Assembly: GCA_009859145.1 (NCBI GenBank)
Contig: VRVR01000054.1
Location: forward strand, 124,001-188,000
Length of the DNA: 64,000 nucleotides
Origin: Andalucia godoyi And28
Taxonomy: Eukaryota > Protista > Jakobida
Reading direction: 5' to 3'
Part shown: in pieces, positions 40,854 to 51,103 of the stretch
How the letters are laid out: every line of letters starts with the position of its first letter
Position numbering within the stretch: the first letter of the stretch is position 1
Notes under the pieces: model-generated
Seen by the model: only the letters and a program-made list of their open reading frames with translations
The model's database searches: none
Told to the model about the DNA's origin: nothing
Translations under genes and position numbers: made by a program

Positions 40854-43800
40854 TCACTCTAGACCAGCGGGGTGAGAATGGGGATGCTCACGAACAGCCT
40901 CTAATTGTGCGACGCGGGCACGGAGGAGAGCGAGTTCAAGGTCACGATCCAGGACCTCTTGGACTAGCTGGGGCTGCGAAAGCTGCTGAAGGCGCTCCTT
41001 TTCTGGAGTCTGCGGCGAACTCGCATCCCTCGGAAGCACATGCGGAGACACCGCGATGGCACTGGATGATGCAATCCTACGAATGTACTGATCTGCAGGG
41101 AACAGCTGGTGGCGTGCATGAGAATACGAGCGCACATTGGACAAATGCATACGCGCTTCTTCGAGCACGCTCATCGCCTTCTCAACCTCATCTCGCGTAA
41201 CAAAAACCTCTATTTGTTCCCTGACTTCGGCAACTTCCCGCGTTTTGATGGCCCTTTCGACCTTCTCAATGCTATCCAATATCACGGATTTGGTTACGGA
41301 TCCAAAGAGCAGAGAGACGTCTCCGGATCGCAAGACTGCGCATGACAGCGCATCCGGAGCTCCATACGACATTCGCAACATCTCGCGGTTCCTGAAATAT
41401 TCTATTGCGGAATCAGGGCGGATTGCAACCGCAAAGAGAGGTTTTGATTTCTGCACATCGCTTTTCGCAAAACAGAACACGGCATTCGGCTGCAAGACAA
41501 AGCAACCAGCCTGCCACCGTCCTGACCCCACAGCACGGAACTCGTAATACGCCACTTCGGCCTCCCAGAGTGTTGCACATGTTGGGTCGTAGAGTCGCTG
41601 CAATCGAGAAGACAACTCTGCAACGGACAGGCGACTCAGCGACTGGAACATTTGCACATGGTCCACGGTCTTAACGAAACGATCAAGAATCGCCAGGTCC
41701 TTGTCCACGTGCCGAATGCTAGAAAACAACAGCGCAGAAGGACCGCTCAGTCCGCAGTCTGGAGCAAACACCGTCTGCAAAACATGCGGTGCACGTGACG
41801 ACCGCATGCCATTGATCGAAACAAGCTGCTTCACAACAAAGTGCGGAAGCTCCGATGGATTCGTGTGAGATAACACCAGCTGAACATTTTGGAACACAAT
41901 CGGGTTTGCCTGCATTCTTCCGACATTCACAAAGGCAAGAAACAGCGGTACGGACCGAATCCAAATCGCAATTTTAGTACCAAAATCATCCGCAGACTCG
42001 GCTCGCATTCCTGCGTCGCCTTGGGCATCCTCCGATTCAAGTCGCTCGGACAGCCGAGATCCGCGGCTCGGCGACGCCAGAGTCGAAAGAATGTGCGATG
42101 TAGCCTGCTGCGGATCTTTGACAGCCTGCGCAACGGCATCCTTGATGCCCTGGTTTTTGGATTCTGCGACAAACATCTCCAGCAGGCGCCCAGAATAGAT
42201 ACGGAGCAAGATCGCTGCACTCAGCAGAGAATTGTTGACATCGACTTGCATGGTCGGGTTGTCAATTTGAATGAAAAACTCTGGTTGGGAGTTTTCTCGG
42301 ACAAGGTTTGCGAACGACTCCGAGCGGCGAAAGAGCATCCTTTTCTGGTTGGCTCCCTTCACAATCGGCCAAAACGCAAACTGTATGCGCGTATCAAATG
42401 GCTGCACAATGCGTTTTCCTTCATCCGAGGCGAGGCTTTCGTAAATCACAAAGGTTTGCGAAAATACCGAGAGGCGGCACTTGTACGTGAATTGATCCCA
42501 GGGGACAGTGTGGTGGACCATGTGTCCCACAGATGCATCCACCGGGCCTTCAAGAGGCTCTTCTTCAAGGGAGGGAATGTAAGACAGCACAGGCGACAGC
42601 TTGCAAATGAGCCGATCACCCGAGTAGATCATGTAGGCTGCTCCCGGGTTGAACGGAGCTGCGCCTCCGGTTGCCGAGGAAGACCGGCCGTCGTGAAATA
42701 ATCCCTGGCTGCCTAGATGCTGATGCTGATGCTGTTGCGGGAGCGGCGACTCTGGAACAGGAACGCCAACCGGAGCCGAGGACGGAATCAAAAAGTTCGC
42801 AAACGTCGGATCGTCCATCAACGGATTGGGCAAAAACACATCCACGTGATCCAGTAAAACATCAATTGCGCAGTACAAGACCACATCTCCACTAAGATGC
42901 CCCCTGGAGTACGATATCACCTTTCTTGCAACCCGGTACAGCGACAAAAGAGCGTCTAACCGCAGTCGAGCAGCCACGGGAGAAATCCAACCGTCAATGG
43001 AAAACGTGCAATCTGGGAATGGCTTTGCAGGCCACGCAGATTGGATCTTCAGGCGAACAACGTCTTCTGCTTGCGCACCGGTGCTTCTTCCAAATGGCTG
43101 AATGACGTTAAATGCTGGCTTCGAGGGGGGCACAATCGGTCTTCCATAAACGGGTTCAGCAAGAGTGAAATATGTGTCGCCGGGATTCTCGTAGTCATCC
43201 AGGACAGGGAATGAGTTCACACGGAAAACCTGATAGTGCGTAAGGCTGATTTGGATATGTTGTTCCGACATTGGCAAATCCTCCGGCAGCACAGTGGAGA
43301 TGAGCAAGTTTCGGACGAGCATTGTGAATCCAGCATTTGCAAAAGCAGAAGCAGCGGATGCATCGCAGGACTCGGGCCGCTCATCTCGGACATGGAACAA
43401 GATCCGCGTAATCGACACCACAAACTCGACCCGAGGATGCAAAATGGACGGCGACGGCGACACGGACGCCAGGGATCCCGTGGACGAAGAGCTAGCAGAG
43501 AGCAAGTTTGAAGCAGATTTTGACGAAGATCGCTTTAACCGAGTGCTGGGGTCGTCGTCATCGTCGTCTTCTTGATCCAGTTTTTGCAGCAAGGAAGCAA
43601 CCTGCGCGTCTGTTGCAGATGGCCTGGTGAGTTCCTCGTCGAATTCGTACGTCTTTTCGATCTGGATGATCTTTTCATCGCGATAGATGCACATTAGCAT
43701 GGAGTGTGCCCAGTGAATCAGATCTCGCAGACAGTCGGCGGTGACGTACTGCTCAATGCCTGGCATGATGACATCACAGTGCAAACCGAGCACTTCTGCG

Positions 43801-44486
43801 GTTCTGGCCTTCTTCTTCATTGTCAAGTGCACCTCGCACGGCACATCCGTCATGATAGCCCGGCTCAGATCGCCATCCATGAACATGCTGATTCCGCGAA
43901 TATCCGTTCGACGAAACACAAAGATATCTGGGATTGCCTTTTTGTACCTTGGCAACGATTTTGTGAGTTCCACTGAGTTCCACGACGCATCGCAGCACAC
44001 TGAGAGCATATCGTGGAGGATTAGATGTAACGGAGGGGCGTTCCCGCGCAAGCAAATCTTGACGTGCACTCTGCGAATGTATATGGAGATTCCGTCTCCA
44101 AGCCGATCTTCGGTGCCGTACTTGTGCGGTCCCTTTGCAGCCTGTGTAAGATCAATTCCAAGCGAGGAAAGAATGTTTGTGTGCACTTGCTCGAGAGTTT
44201 CTGGCTCGTCAATCTCCACTTCGCACTCGTCAATTTCCAAGCGCATTGGTTCTTTTGTGAAGCTTGTCGCCGGGAACTTAAACCGCAGCTCGGATACCCA
44301 AACACGCCGGAACCGGACCATCGGGAACCCCACAATCTCATTCAGCAGATCCTCGTTCAACAGTACTTTCTGAATGCGGGCTGCAGAAGAAAGAAACTTC
44401 ACCTTGATCTGGTGCTTGTGCTCCTTCCAATTCTTGATGAACGCCGCCAGGTACTTTTCAAACTTTTTCAGCAAATAGCCCTCCAT
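40854..44486 (-). CDS. BLTP3: Bridge-like lipid transfer protein of the BLTP3/SHIP164 (UHRF1BP1L) type, with a C-terminal PH-like domain and coiled coil
   Basis: The chorein-N-like start (MEGYLLKKFEKYLAAFIKN...LLNEDLLNEIVGFP...FPATSFTKEPMRLEIDECEVEI) and KYGTEDRLGDGISIYIRRVHVKI resemble SHIP164. Beta-rich RBG-like body. Confidence 0.72.
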   Translation of the reverse strand: MEGYLLKKFEKYLAAFIKNWKEHKHQIKVKFLSSAARIQKVLLNEDLLNEIVGFPMVRFRRVWVSELRFKFPATSFTKEPMRLEIDECEVEIDEPETLEQVHTNILSSLGIDLTQAAKGPHKYGTEDRLGDGISIYIRRVHVKICLRGNAPPLHLILHDMLSVCCDASWNSVELTKSLPRYKKAIPDIFVFRRTDIRGISMFMDGDLSRAIMTDVPCEVHLTMKKKARTAEVLGLHCDVIMPGIEQYVTADCLRDLIHWAHSMLMCIYRDEKIIQIEKTYEFDEELTRPSATDAQVASLLQKLDQEDDDDDDPSTRLKRSSSKSASNLLSASSSSTGSLASVSPSPSILHPRVEFVVSITRILFHVRDERPESCDASAASAFANAGFTMLVRNLLISTVLPEDLPMSEQHIQISLTHYQVFRVNSFPVLDDYENPGDTYFTLAEPVYGRPIVPPSKPAFNVIQPFGRSTGAQAEDVVRLKIQSAWPAKPFPDCTFSIDGWISPVAARLRLDALLSLYRVARKVISYSRGHLSGDVVLYCAIDVLLDHVDVFLPNPLMDDPTFANFLIPSSAPVGVPVPESPLPQQHQHQHLGSQGLFHDGRSSSATGGAAPFNPGAAYMIYSGDRLICKLSPVLSYIPSLEEEPLEGPVDASVGHMVHHTVPWDQFTYKCRLSVFSQTFVIYESLASDEGKRIVQPFDTRIQFAFWPIVKGANQKRMLFRRSESFANLVRENSQPEFFIQIDNPTMQVDVNNSLLSAAILLRIYSGRLLEMFVAESKNQGIKDAVAQAVKDPQQATSHILSTLASPSRGSRLSERLESEDAQGDAGMRAESADDFGTKIAIWIRSVPLFLAFVNVGRMQANPIVFQNVQLVLSHTNPSELPHFVVKQLVSINGMRSSRAPHVLQTVFAPDCGLSGPSALLFSSIRHVDKDLAILDRFVKTVDHVQMFQSLSRLSVAELSSRLQRLYDPTCATLWEAEVAYYEFRAVGSGRWQAGCFVLQPNAVFCFAKSDVQKSKPLFAVAIRPDSAIEYFRNREMLRMSYGAPDALSCAVLRSGDVSLLFGSVTKSVILDSIEKVERAIKTREVAEVREQIEVFVTRDEVEKAMSVLEEARMHLSNVRSYSHARHQLFPADQYIRRIASSSAIAVSPHVLPRDASSPQTPEKERLQQLSQPQLVQEVLDRDLELALLRARVAQLEAVREHPHSHPAGLE

Positions 44487-44925
44487 TTTCCGTCTTCTTC
44501 TGTGGCTCCTCCTCCTCCTTCTCCTCCTTCTCCAGCGACTCCCAAGCCTCTAGAAACAAGAAAACAGCAGCAAGGAGAGCATAAAGTATGAGAATCTTGC
44601 GTCGGCTGAATGTGGGTCAATTTGGGACTCATCACTGGTCGTAGTCAAGCCAAAGAAGAGAACGAAGCAGTTGAGACTTTGAGGCCCTTCTTCTCACCCA
44701 GAGCAGCGATTTCCCCGACATCCGAAATTCCCGAACGCCCGACGATGACCCCGAGACCATCTTTCCCCCGGGCCCCGAACGCACCTCGTCTGCCGTTTAT
44801 GGTACCTTTCCGCTGTTCTGTTTTCATGCTTTTCCAAATGTTTATTGTTGTTGTTGAGCATCGTTAGCATATCGTCTTTTTATCTATCCCGAGTTGAACT
44901 GTGTTTAGTGTAGTGTAGCTTAGTG

Positions 44926-44974
44926 TTTCGTGTTTCGTGTTTCGTATTTCGTATTTCGTATTTCGTATTTCGTG
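44926..44974. repeat. (TTTCGTR)n heptanucleotide repeat
   Basis: Direct inspection. Confidence 0.85.
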
Positions 44975-45095
44975 TTCAATTTTGTTCTTTTGGAAATTGT
45001 GTGGTTCTTTGGAGTTTGAGTAGTTGTTGCTTTACTATCACCGTCAATATCACTGTCACTATCAGTATCATCATCATCATAATTATTGGGAGAGG

Positions 45096-46553
45096 ATGAG
45101 TGGCAGTAGCGGTGATCATCATCACCACGGAGCGCCAACAGTGGTGGTTTCGGGGTCGTCGGCAGCAAATGCGAATGGACTGTCCCCGGAGGATGTTCGA
45201 GATCGAACGCGGTCTTTTTCGGCTCGGTTTCATGAACTTACGGAGCGAAACAAGCGGTTGGAGGCGGAAGTGGACCGGATTCGCAAGCAACGGGATGAGT
45301 GTCTGGAGAAACTGCAGCGGTCTCGGAAGCGTGTTGAAAAGACGGCTTCGGATCTGGAGGCACAGACACGCCGGTCGGATGATTTTGCAGCGCGCCTGGG
45401 GGCTGCCGAGGAGGAGCTGGTGAAGCTCAGGCCGCAGGTTGCAGCGTTGGAGAAGGAAAACTCGTTGTTGAGAGACCAGCTGAGTGGAAGCGTCGACGCG
45501 TCCGTGGCATCGCTCCACGAGAAAATTGCCGAGCTGTCTGGAGAGCTTGCTGCGTCGCTGCAGAAAGAGAGCATGATGCACGAGCTTTTTGAGACTGCGC
45601 ACATTCGGCAGGAGGAGTTTGACACGCTGCGCAGTTCGTGGCGAGAAGCAATGGAAGGCGAGTCGCATGTGCTGGATGCTCTGGAGTCGACGCAGCGCGA
45701 TCTGGAGCTTCGGTTTGACGAATGTGCTTCGTTGCGGTCGCGGCTTGCGGATTCCGATCGCAGAATCGCATCTGTGGAGCAGCTCCTGGACGAGGAGCGC
45801 GATATCTCACAGGATTGGGAAGAAAAGACGGCACGACTCACCAAGGAAAATGCGTCCTTGTCGGGTTTGTTGCAGGACCGAGAATCGCAGCTGGCAGTTG
45901 TCCGCGGAGAACGCGACGCTTTGGCTGAACATGTGCGGGCGATGAATTCAAAGACGGACTGGAGCGAGCGGTGTGTGGAGCTGGAGTTGCAGGTTTCGAA
46001 CTTGCAAATCGAGAATGAGCAGCTGTCGAAGCGTGTTCAGGCGTTGGTAGGCTCGAGAATTGCGTCGGGCGAAGTGCCGCTTTCTGAAGACGTTCTCGAG
46101 CGCCTGTCTCGTATTCTGCTGCTACACCATACATTGGATGAAGAACTCGGGGACATGATGCTCTCGTATGGATCGATGTCGCCTAAGAAGCAGAAGGAAG
46201 TCCTGGACAACCAGAGACGGTACAGAGTGGCAACCGTTCCTGCAGACTTGCACTCTGCTACCGCCGCAAGTCATTCGCGATTAATGTCCTTCAATGACGA
46301 TTTGGGCTCTGTCATTGACAATGGCTCGGAGCTGGATGACGAGATTGACGACAACTTTTCTTCGTATCCCGTTTCACCTCGTTCCGAGTATGCGATCACC
46401 CCTCGCGACCACCCGCAGTCACGAACGCATCAGCGCCAGTCTTCGGTTCAGCGCCAGAATGGAAGTGCTTCGCATAGCGAAAAGCGTGTGACACACGCAA
46501 GACAGAGCAGTGTTGTCGTCGAGCATGCCCGTGTTCCCGATGACGAGGACTAG
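45096..46553 (+). CDS. Long coiled-coil protein of unknown function
   Basis: ATG at 45096 (MSGSSG). About 300 aa of E/L/R/K heptad-rich sequence followed by a disordered tail. Confidence 0.75.
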   Translation: MSGSSGDHHHHGAPTVVVSGSSAANANGLSPEDVRDRTRSFSARFHELTERNKRLEAEVDRIRKQRDECLEKLQRSRKRVEKTASDLEAQTRRSDDFAARLGAAEEELVKLRPQVAALEKENSLLRDQLSGSVDASVASLHEKIAELSGELAASLQKESMMHELFETAHIRQEEFDTLRSSWREAMEGESHVLDALESTQRDLELRFDECASLRSRLADSDRRIASVEQLLDEERDISQDWEEKTARLTKENASLSGLLQDRESQLAVVRGERDALAEHVRAMNSKTDWSERCVELELQVSNLQIENEQLSKRVQALVGSRIASGEVPLSEDVLERLSRILLLHHTLDEELGDMMLSYGSMSPKKQKEVLDNQRRYRVATVPADLHSATAASHSRLMSFNDDLGSVIDNGSELDDEIDDNFSSYPVSPRSEYAITPRDHPQSRTHQRQSSVQRQNGSASHSEKRVTHARQSSVVVEHARVPDDED

Positions 46554-47051
46554 TTTCTTTTTCTTTCCCCTTCTCCTCATCTTTTCTTTTCCGCGAAACA
46601 CACCCCTTTACCGGGAGTGTCCTTTTTGCATGTTCGCTATTATCATTATTATCACTAATTTGTTGCCGTTTCTTGTGGTGTGGTGAGCTCCGTATCCCAC
46701 TTTGTATGTCTGTTTTGTGCTGTTGTCGATTGTCCATCTTGCTGGTCTTGTATTGTTTTGCTGTTGTTTTTTTCCCCCGGCGTGCCGGTTTTACCCCCTA
46801 CCCCCTCTTTCGTTATTATTGTTATTATTATTATTCTCTTTCTTTTCTTTTCTCTTGTTTTGTTTTGATTTGCTTCCACTTTTGGACGTCGAAACTCGCT
46901 GTTTGTTCTTGTTCTTGTTGTTGTTATTATTATTGGTTTGGTATGATTGGATTTGAATGAAGCGTAAAACTCTTGTATTCTACCCGAACTGCCGTTTGTC
47001 GTGATTGTTGCCTCCATCACCAAAAGCAATTCATTCATACCAGGATGTTTG

Positions 47052-47648
47052 CTACTGCTTTACAGAGAGATCGAGAAACTGTGCATACGACGAAAGGGAC
47101 GCCAAGAGAGGAGTATTCGGATCCTCCTTCGCGGCCATTGGTGTTTTCGAAACACACGAAACGGACCCGCGCACCGGATATACAATCTGCCGGACAGAGT
47201 CTATTTTCCATCCGAGCGGAGTGAAGAGCGACACAGCAGCATCGGCATCGGCATTGGAGCCGAGAGGGATTCCCAGAAACGAGCAAGCTTCGTGCAGGCT
47301 CAAGTCGGAGTATGTGTTTGAGATCGCAAACAAGACACGGCGTCGAACCGTCGGAACGAGCTCGGAGGCAAGGATGCTTCCAACGCTCGAACTCGATAGC
47401 TCCTGTGCGTGCTGGAAGAACGATTGGAAATCATGGTTCCAAAGATCCCTCACGAGCTCAAAACACCCGCGAACAACTGCATCAGAAGAATACTGTGGAT
47501 ACAACGAGTGGAACCGTTTGTGCACGAGCCGCGCGCTCGGCAGCTTGTCCTCTGCAATACATGCCAATATGAACTCTGCGTAGAATTGTGGGCTGCCTGC
47601 AGACGCATTGCACGCCTCTTGGACTCCATATTCTTGCAAGCTGAGCAT
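47052..47648 (-). CDS. COPS8: COP9 signalosome subunit 8 (PCI domain)
   Basis: FYAEFILACI...ARLVHKR, LWNHDF, VRRRVLFAISNTYSDLS, LGWKID, LASLSSYAQFLD follow the CSN8/PSMD8/eIF3K pattern. ATG at 47648, downstream of a CACATA repeat. Confidence 0.8.
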   Translation of the reverse strand: MLSLQEYGVQEACNASAGSPQFYAEFILACIAEDKLPSARLVHKRFHSLYPQYSSDAVVRGCFELVRDLWNHDFQSFFQHAQELSSSSVGSILASELVPTVRRRVLFAISNTYSDLSLHEACSFLGIPLGSNADADAAVSLFTPLGWKIDSVRQIVYPVRGSVSCVSKTPMAAKEDPNTPLLASLSSYAQFLDLSVKQ

Positions 47649-47682
47649 TTGCTGATCCCTCCGTATCTTTGTTGTATATATC

Positions 47683-47742
47683 TGTGTGTGTGTGTATGTG
47701 TGTGTATGTGTGTGTATGTGTGTGTATGTGTGTATGTGTGTG
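47683..47742. repeat. (TG/TGTGTA)n repeat upstream of COPS8
   Basis: Direct inspection. Confidence 0.9.
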
Positions 47743-48115
47743 AGACGTCCGACGTGCTGGACGGCTCCGCAAAAGAGTTTCACGTGCGGGGAACGCTTCG
47801 GTCTACAGTTGCTGGATGTCGGCCAGTATCAAAAAACATCAAGTCTCAAGGCATCGAATCGCGAACCCAACTTGCTTCTTTTGTTTTGTTTTTTTTTTAC
47901 AGCAGGGAGTCGATCGGTGCGATGACTGATGTGTGGTGAAGTGGCCAACATGTGTTGAGCTTATGAGTCCTGTCGAAAAACACGCACTCCGATCGATCGA
48001 TGGATTGCGACATGCAATTTGTGATAGTGTGTGCGAACTGCAAAAGCGAGTGAGAAAGTTCCGAGTGGCACGCGCAGCACCGTTGGTAGGATTTTCTTTT
48101 CTCTTGTTGCGGACA

Positions 48116-51103
48116 ATGGGCTGCCAAGGATCAAAAGCAGTCGAGATGCATTCAGAAGAAGCACAAGCTCAGTGCTCTTCTCGCCAGCCAATGCACACGT
48201 TCACAACACCGGGTTCGGACTTGGGTGATGACCAAGAGTCCTTTGTGAGGATTCTGCAGTTGTCCTTGGGCTCGAAGGAGCAGGAGCGTGTTTTAAAGTC
48301 ACTCCTGCTTGTGATATGCACTGCGTTCAGCGCAGAGGCTGCGGTTCTTCACGTTCTCGGCGATGACAAAGTGATGACAATCGTTAATTATTCTGGTGCG
48401 TCTGGCAGCACGAGCGGCGGTGGGAGCAATTCGTTTGCGACTGCTATAGACAAGCTGAGCAACAGTGGAGTGTGTGTGCTGAAGCGTAGTCAGTTTCTGA
48501 TGGAACAGATGTTGGAGGACGAGGAGGAAGAATTTGTGCTACTAAGTCACTCGGAAGTCACCAGCGCAGAAAGGCCGTTGTGGAGGGATACCTGGAAGAG
48601 CATTGGGCCCGTGGAGTTTCAGGCGTCGGTGCCTGTTCGCATCACCGTACAGTCGTTCCGGTTCTCGAGACCCGTGGCCACGCTTTCGGTGCTGGATTCT
48701 CATGCGCGACAGGTGTTTGGCGCCGACTGTCTTCGGAATCTGACACTGTTTGCGGATCTCTGTGGATTGCAGCTGTCAAACTGCGTGCAGGTTGAGCAAG
48801 AAGCTGCGAAAGAAAGGGCTGCAGCTGCAGCTTCGATGGCAGTAGGAAAGCAAAGCGCGCGACTCGGCCAAGAAACAGACCCGTTCAAGGATCGCACTTG
48901 GCTGATTCAAGATGCGGCGACAACAGCAGCCGATCTTTCGCATCTACCCTGGGCGTTAGCCTGGAACGAGGCATTCCCGCGTCCGCCAATACCGGCAGAT
49001 GACAGAAGCCGCATTTTGTGCGTATTAGAATACGATCTGCTGAATTTTCATCAGGAGCCTCTGTTTGACGAGTTCTGCAAATTCACTGCGGAATTGTTTG
49101 GATTCCCGCTCTCCGTGATATCGGTGCTGACCGCTGACGCACAGTTTTTCAAAGGACGGTTTGGCCTCCAATTGTCGAAAATCGACCGGTCTGCTGCCCT
49201 GTGCAACTACCCCACGAAGAAAAAAACATCCTTCGTCGTGCAGGATCTTGCGCAGCACAAGGAATTCCAAGAAAATCCTCTCGTGAACGGCGGGGCCATG
49301 GCGCTCCGCTTCTATGCTGGAGTTCCGCTTATCGTTGAAAGCGGTCACGCTGTGGGAACACTTTGTCTCCTAGACTGCCAGGCACACCCAGAATTCGGAA
49401 ACGAGGAAACGAGGCTTCTGGAAGGAATTGCAGCCGTTCTCACACACCTGTTAGAGGAGCGCAGGAAGCGGCTACGGTACATGGCCACGATGCTTGATTT
49501 GCCCCATTGTGGCAACGGCCATGAGCGGTATACCACCGACCCACCGCAAGGCTATGCAACTTTCGTGGCTGCAGAAATTGCCAACGCGGAAAGGCTGTGG
49601 TCAGTCGATCCTCGCGGAATGGAGAGTGCCGTTCGATCATACTCGTCTGTGCTTCGTGCCACATTGTCTCTCTACCGAGGATACGAGGTGTCGTGTCAAG
49701 ACGAGAGCTTCCTCATTGCATTTCACAACGCAGTAGATGCATGCAGCTTTTGCACTGCCGTGCAGCTGAGAATGCTCCAGGAAAAATGCTCGGACGAGTG
49801 GCCAGCTCACGTTTCGGACCCGCGCATTCCAGGTGCTGACGGACACGGGCTGTGCTACGGCGGAATACTAGTGAACTTTGGCTTGGAACAGGGGGCTCTA
49901 GAGTTCCAGTCAATGAATCCAGCGTCGGAACGACGACGCTACTTCTGCCAAGCCGCTCTCCGTGCAACCGAGATATGCAGATCCATCATCATGCAGGGCG
50001 TAGCGGTCATGACCTCGTTGGTGTGGCACGATTATTACCGATGCCGCTTCCACAGCGTGGCTCATACCCCAGCAGACACGATGTTTCCGACCATTGTGCA
50101 TCTTGGAGAGTTTTTGGAAGATGAAAACACAGGTCAACTGCAGAATCTGTTTATGATGGTGCCTGCGGAGCTGACCTGCAAGTCTTTTCGGGGGCGTCCG
50201 GATCATCCGTGCTCCTTTGTCGAATTATGCTCCTACGGACGCCCGTTGCACAACGACGTGTTAAGGCTGCAGAAGATCGCTTGCGGATGTCTCGATTCTC
50301 CGAAAGGTTCTTCCGCTGCCGTCGTTCGAGCGACTGTCTGGCGATGGCGACAGATGCTAGCGGAGTGCTGCAGCACCGAAGTCGTCGCCAGCACGTCGGA
50401 CATGATCTGCAGTGTCTTTGTTTCGCAAGCCAGGGCCCACAAAGGATACATTTTCAACCACGAACACACCAATGCAGTAGACCTTGTGTTTCCGTCCATC
50501 CACAAAGCCGTGCACTGGGTGTTTGCAGTGCAGAACGTCCTGGTGAATGCATCGTGGTCTTCGCAGCTGCTAAACATTCCTGGGTACGAAGAAGTCAAAG
50601 ACTCCAACGGCGATTTCGTTCTCTTCCGCGGCCCCCGCATTCAGGTGTCTGCATCGGATCTGTGGACAAAGGACTCCGTTCTTGTCCCGGATCTCGATAC
50701 AGGACGCTTGAAAGCATCCGGTACCATCATGCAAGAGGTTGCGCGGCTGTCGAAACTTGCGCAGCCAGGCCAGTTTCTGTGCTGTCGTGCAACAGGCGTG
50801 CGAGCAGTCGAGTCCTTTAATTACTTCAGATCAAGCAATGTCAAGCAAAGAATTTTTAATCAGAACCGACACACGACCAGCGACGATGCCGACACGGAAG
50901 ACGATGAGCCAGCAGAAGAGGAGGATGACGAAGAAACGGATAGGTTTGACGACGATGAATATGTGATCAGAAACGTCTCGTTCGAACCAGACTGCAGTGT
51001 TGTCGGCAGTATTGTGGAAGTGGCTCCGACCAATGGCGCCCTTTCCTATCGTCGTTTCCCTGCTGTTCTGCCTGCAACTCCAGAATCAAGCTGTTTGCAA
51101 TAA
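48116..51103 (+). CDS. N-acylated GAF-GAF-tandem class III nucleotidyl cyclase-like protein with substituted catalytic residues
   Basis: Starts MGCQGSK. GAF domain: RILCVLEYDLL...FDEF...QFFK...NPLV...RFYAGVPL...GTLCLLD. Two cyclase-like domains: GYATFVAAEIANAERLW...YRGYEVSCQDESFLIAF, and W..QLLNIPGYEEV...FRGPRIQV...MQEVARLSKLAQPGQFL. Confidence 0.8.
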   Translation: MGCQGSKAVEMHSEEAQAQCSSRQPMHTFTTPGSDLGDDQESFVRILQLSLGSKEQERVLKSLLLVICTAFSAEAAVLHVLGDDKVMTIVNYSGASGSTSGGGSNSFATAIDKLSNSGVCVLKRSQFLMEQMLEDEEEEFVLLSHSEVTSAERPLWRDTWKSIGPVEFQASVPVRITVQSFRFSRPVATLSVLDSHARQVFGADCLRNLTLFADLCGLQLSNCVQVEQEAAKERAAAAASMAVGKQSARLGQETDPFKDRTWLIQDAATTAADLSHLPWALAWNEAFPRPPIPADDRSRILCVLEYDLLNFHQEPLFDEFCKFTAELFGFPLSVISVLTADAQFFKGRFGLQLSKIDRSAALCNYPTKKKTSFVVQDLAQHKEFQENPLVNGGAMALRFYAGVPLIVESGHAVGTLCLLDCQAHPEFGNEETRLLEGIAAVLTHLLEERRKRLRYMATMLDLPHCGNGHERYTTDPPQGYATFVAAEIANAERLWSVDPRGMESAVRSYSSVLRATLSLYRGYEVSCQDESFLIAFHNAVDACSFCTAVQLRMLQEKCSDEWPAHVSDPRIPGADGHGLCYGGILVNFGLEQGALEFQSMNPASERRRYFCQAALRATEICRSIIMQGVAVMTSLVWHDYYRCRFHSVAHTPADTMFPTIVHLGEFLEDENTGQLQNLFMMVPAELTCKSFRGRPDHPCSFVELCSYGRPLHNDVLRLQKIACGCLDSPKGSSAAVVRATVWRWRQMLAECCSTEVVASTSDMICSVFVSQARAHKGYIFNHEHTNAVDLVFPSIHKAVHWVFAVQNVLVNASWSSQLLNIPGYEEVKDSNGDFVLFRGPRIQVSASDLWTKDSVLVPDLDTGRLKASGTIMQEVARLSKLAQPGQFLCCRATGVRAVESFNYFRSSNVKQRIFNQNRHTTSDDADTEDDEPAEEEDDEETDRFDDDEYVIRNVSFEPDCSVVGSIVEVAPTNGALSYRRFPAVLPATPESSCLQ

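Noticed and set aside
32140-44486. Run of trafficking and GTPase regulators (RAB3GAP1, ARHGAP39-like, MON1, BLTP3)
   Set aside because: They act on different GTPases and compartments, such genes are abundant, and there is no evidence for more than chance adjacency.
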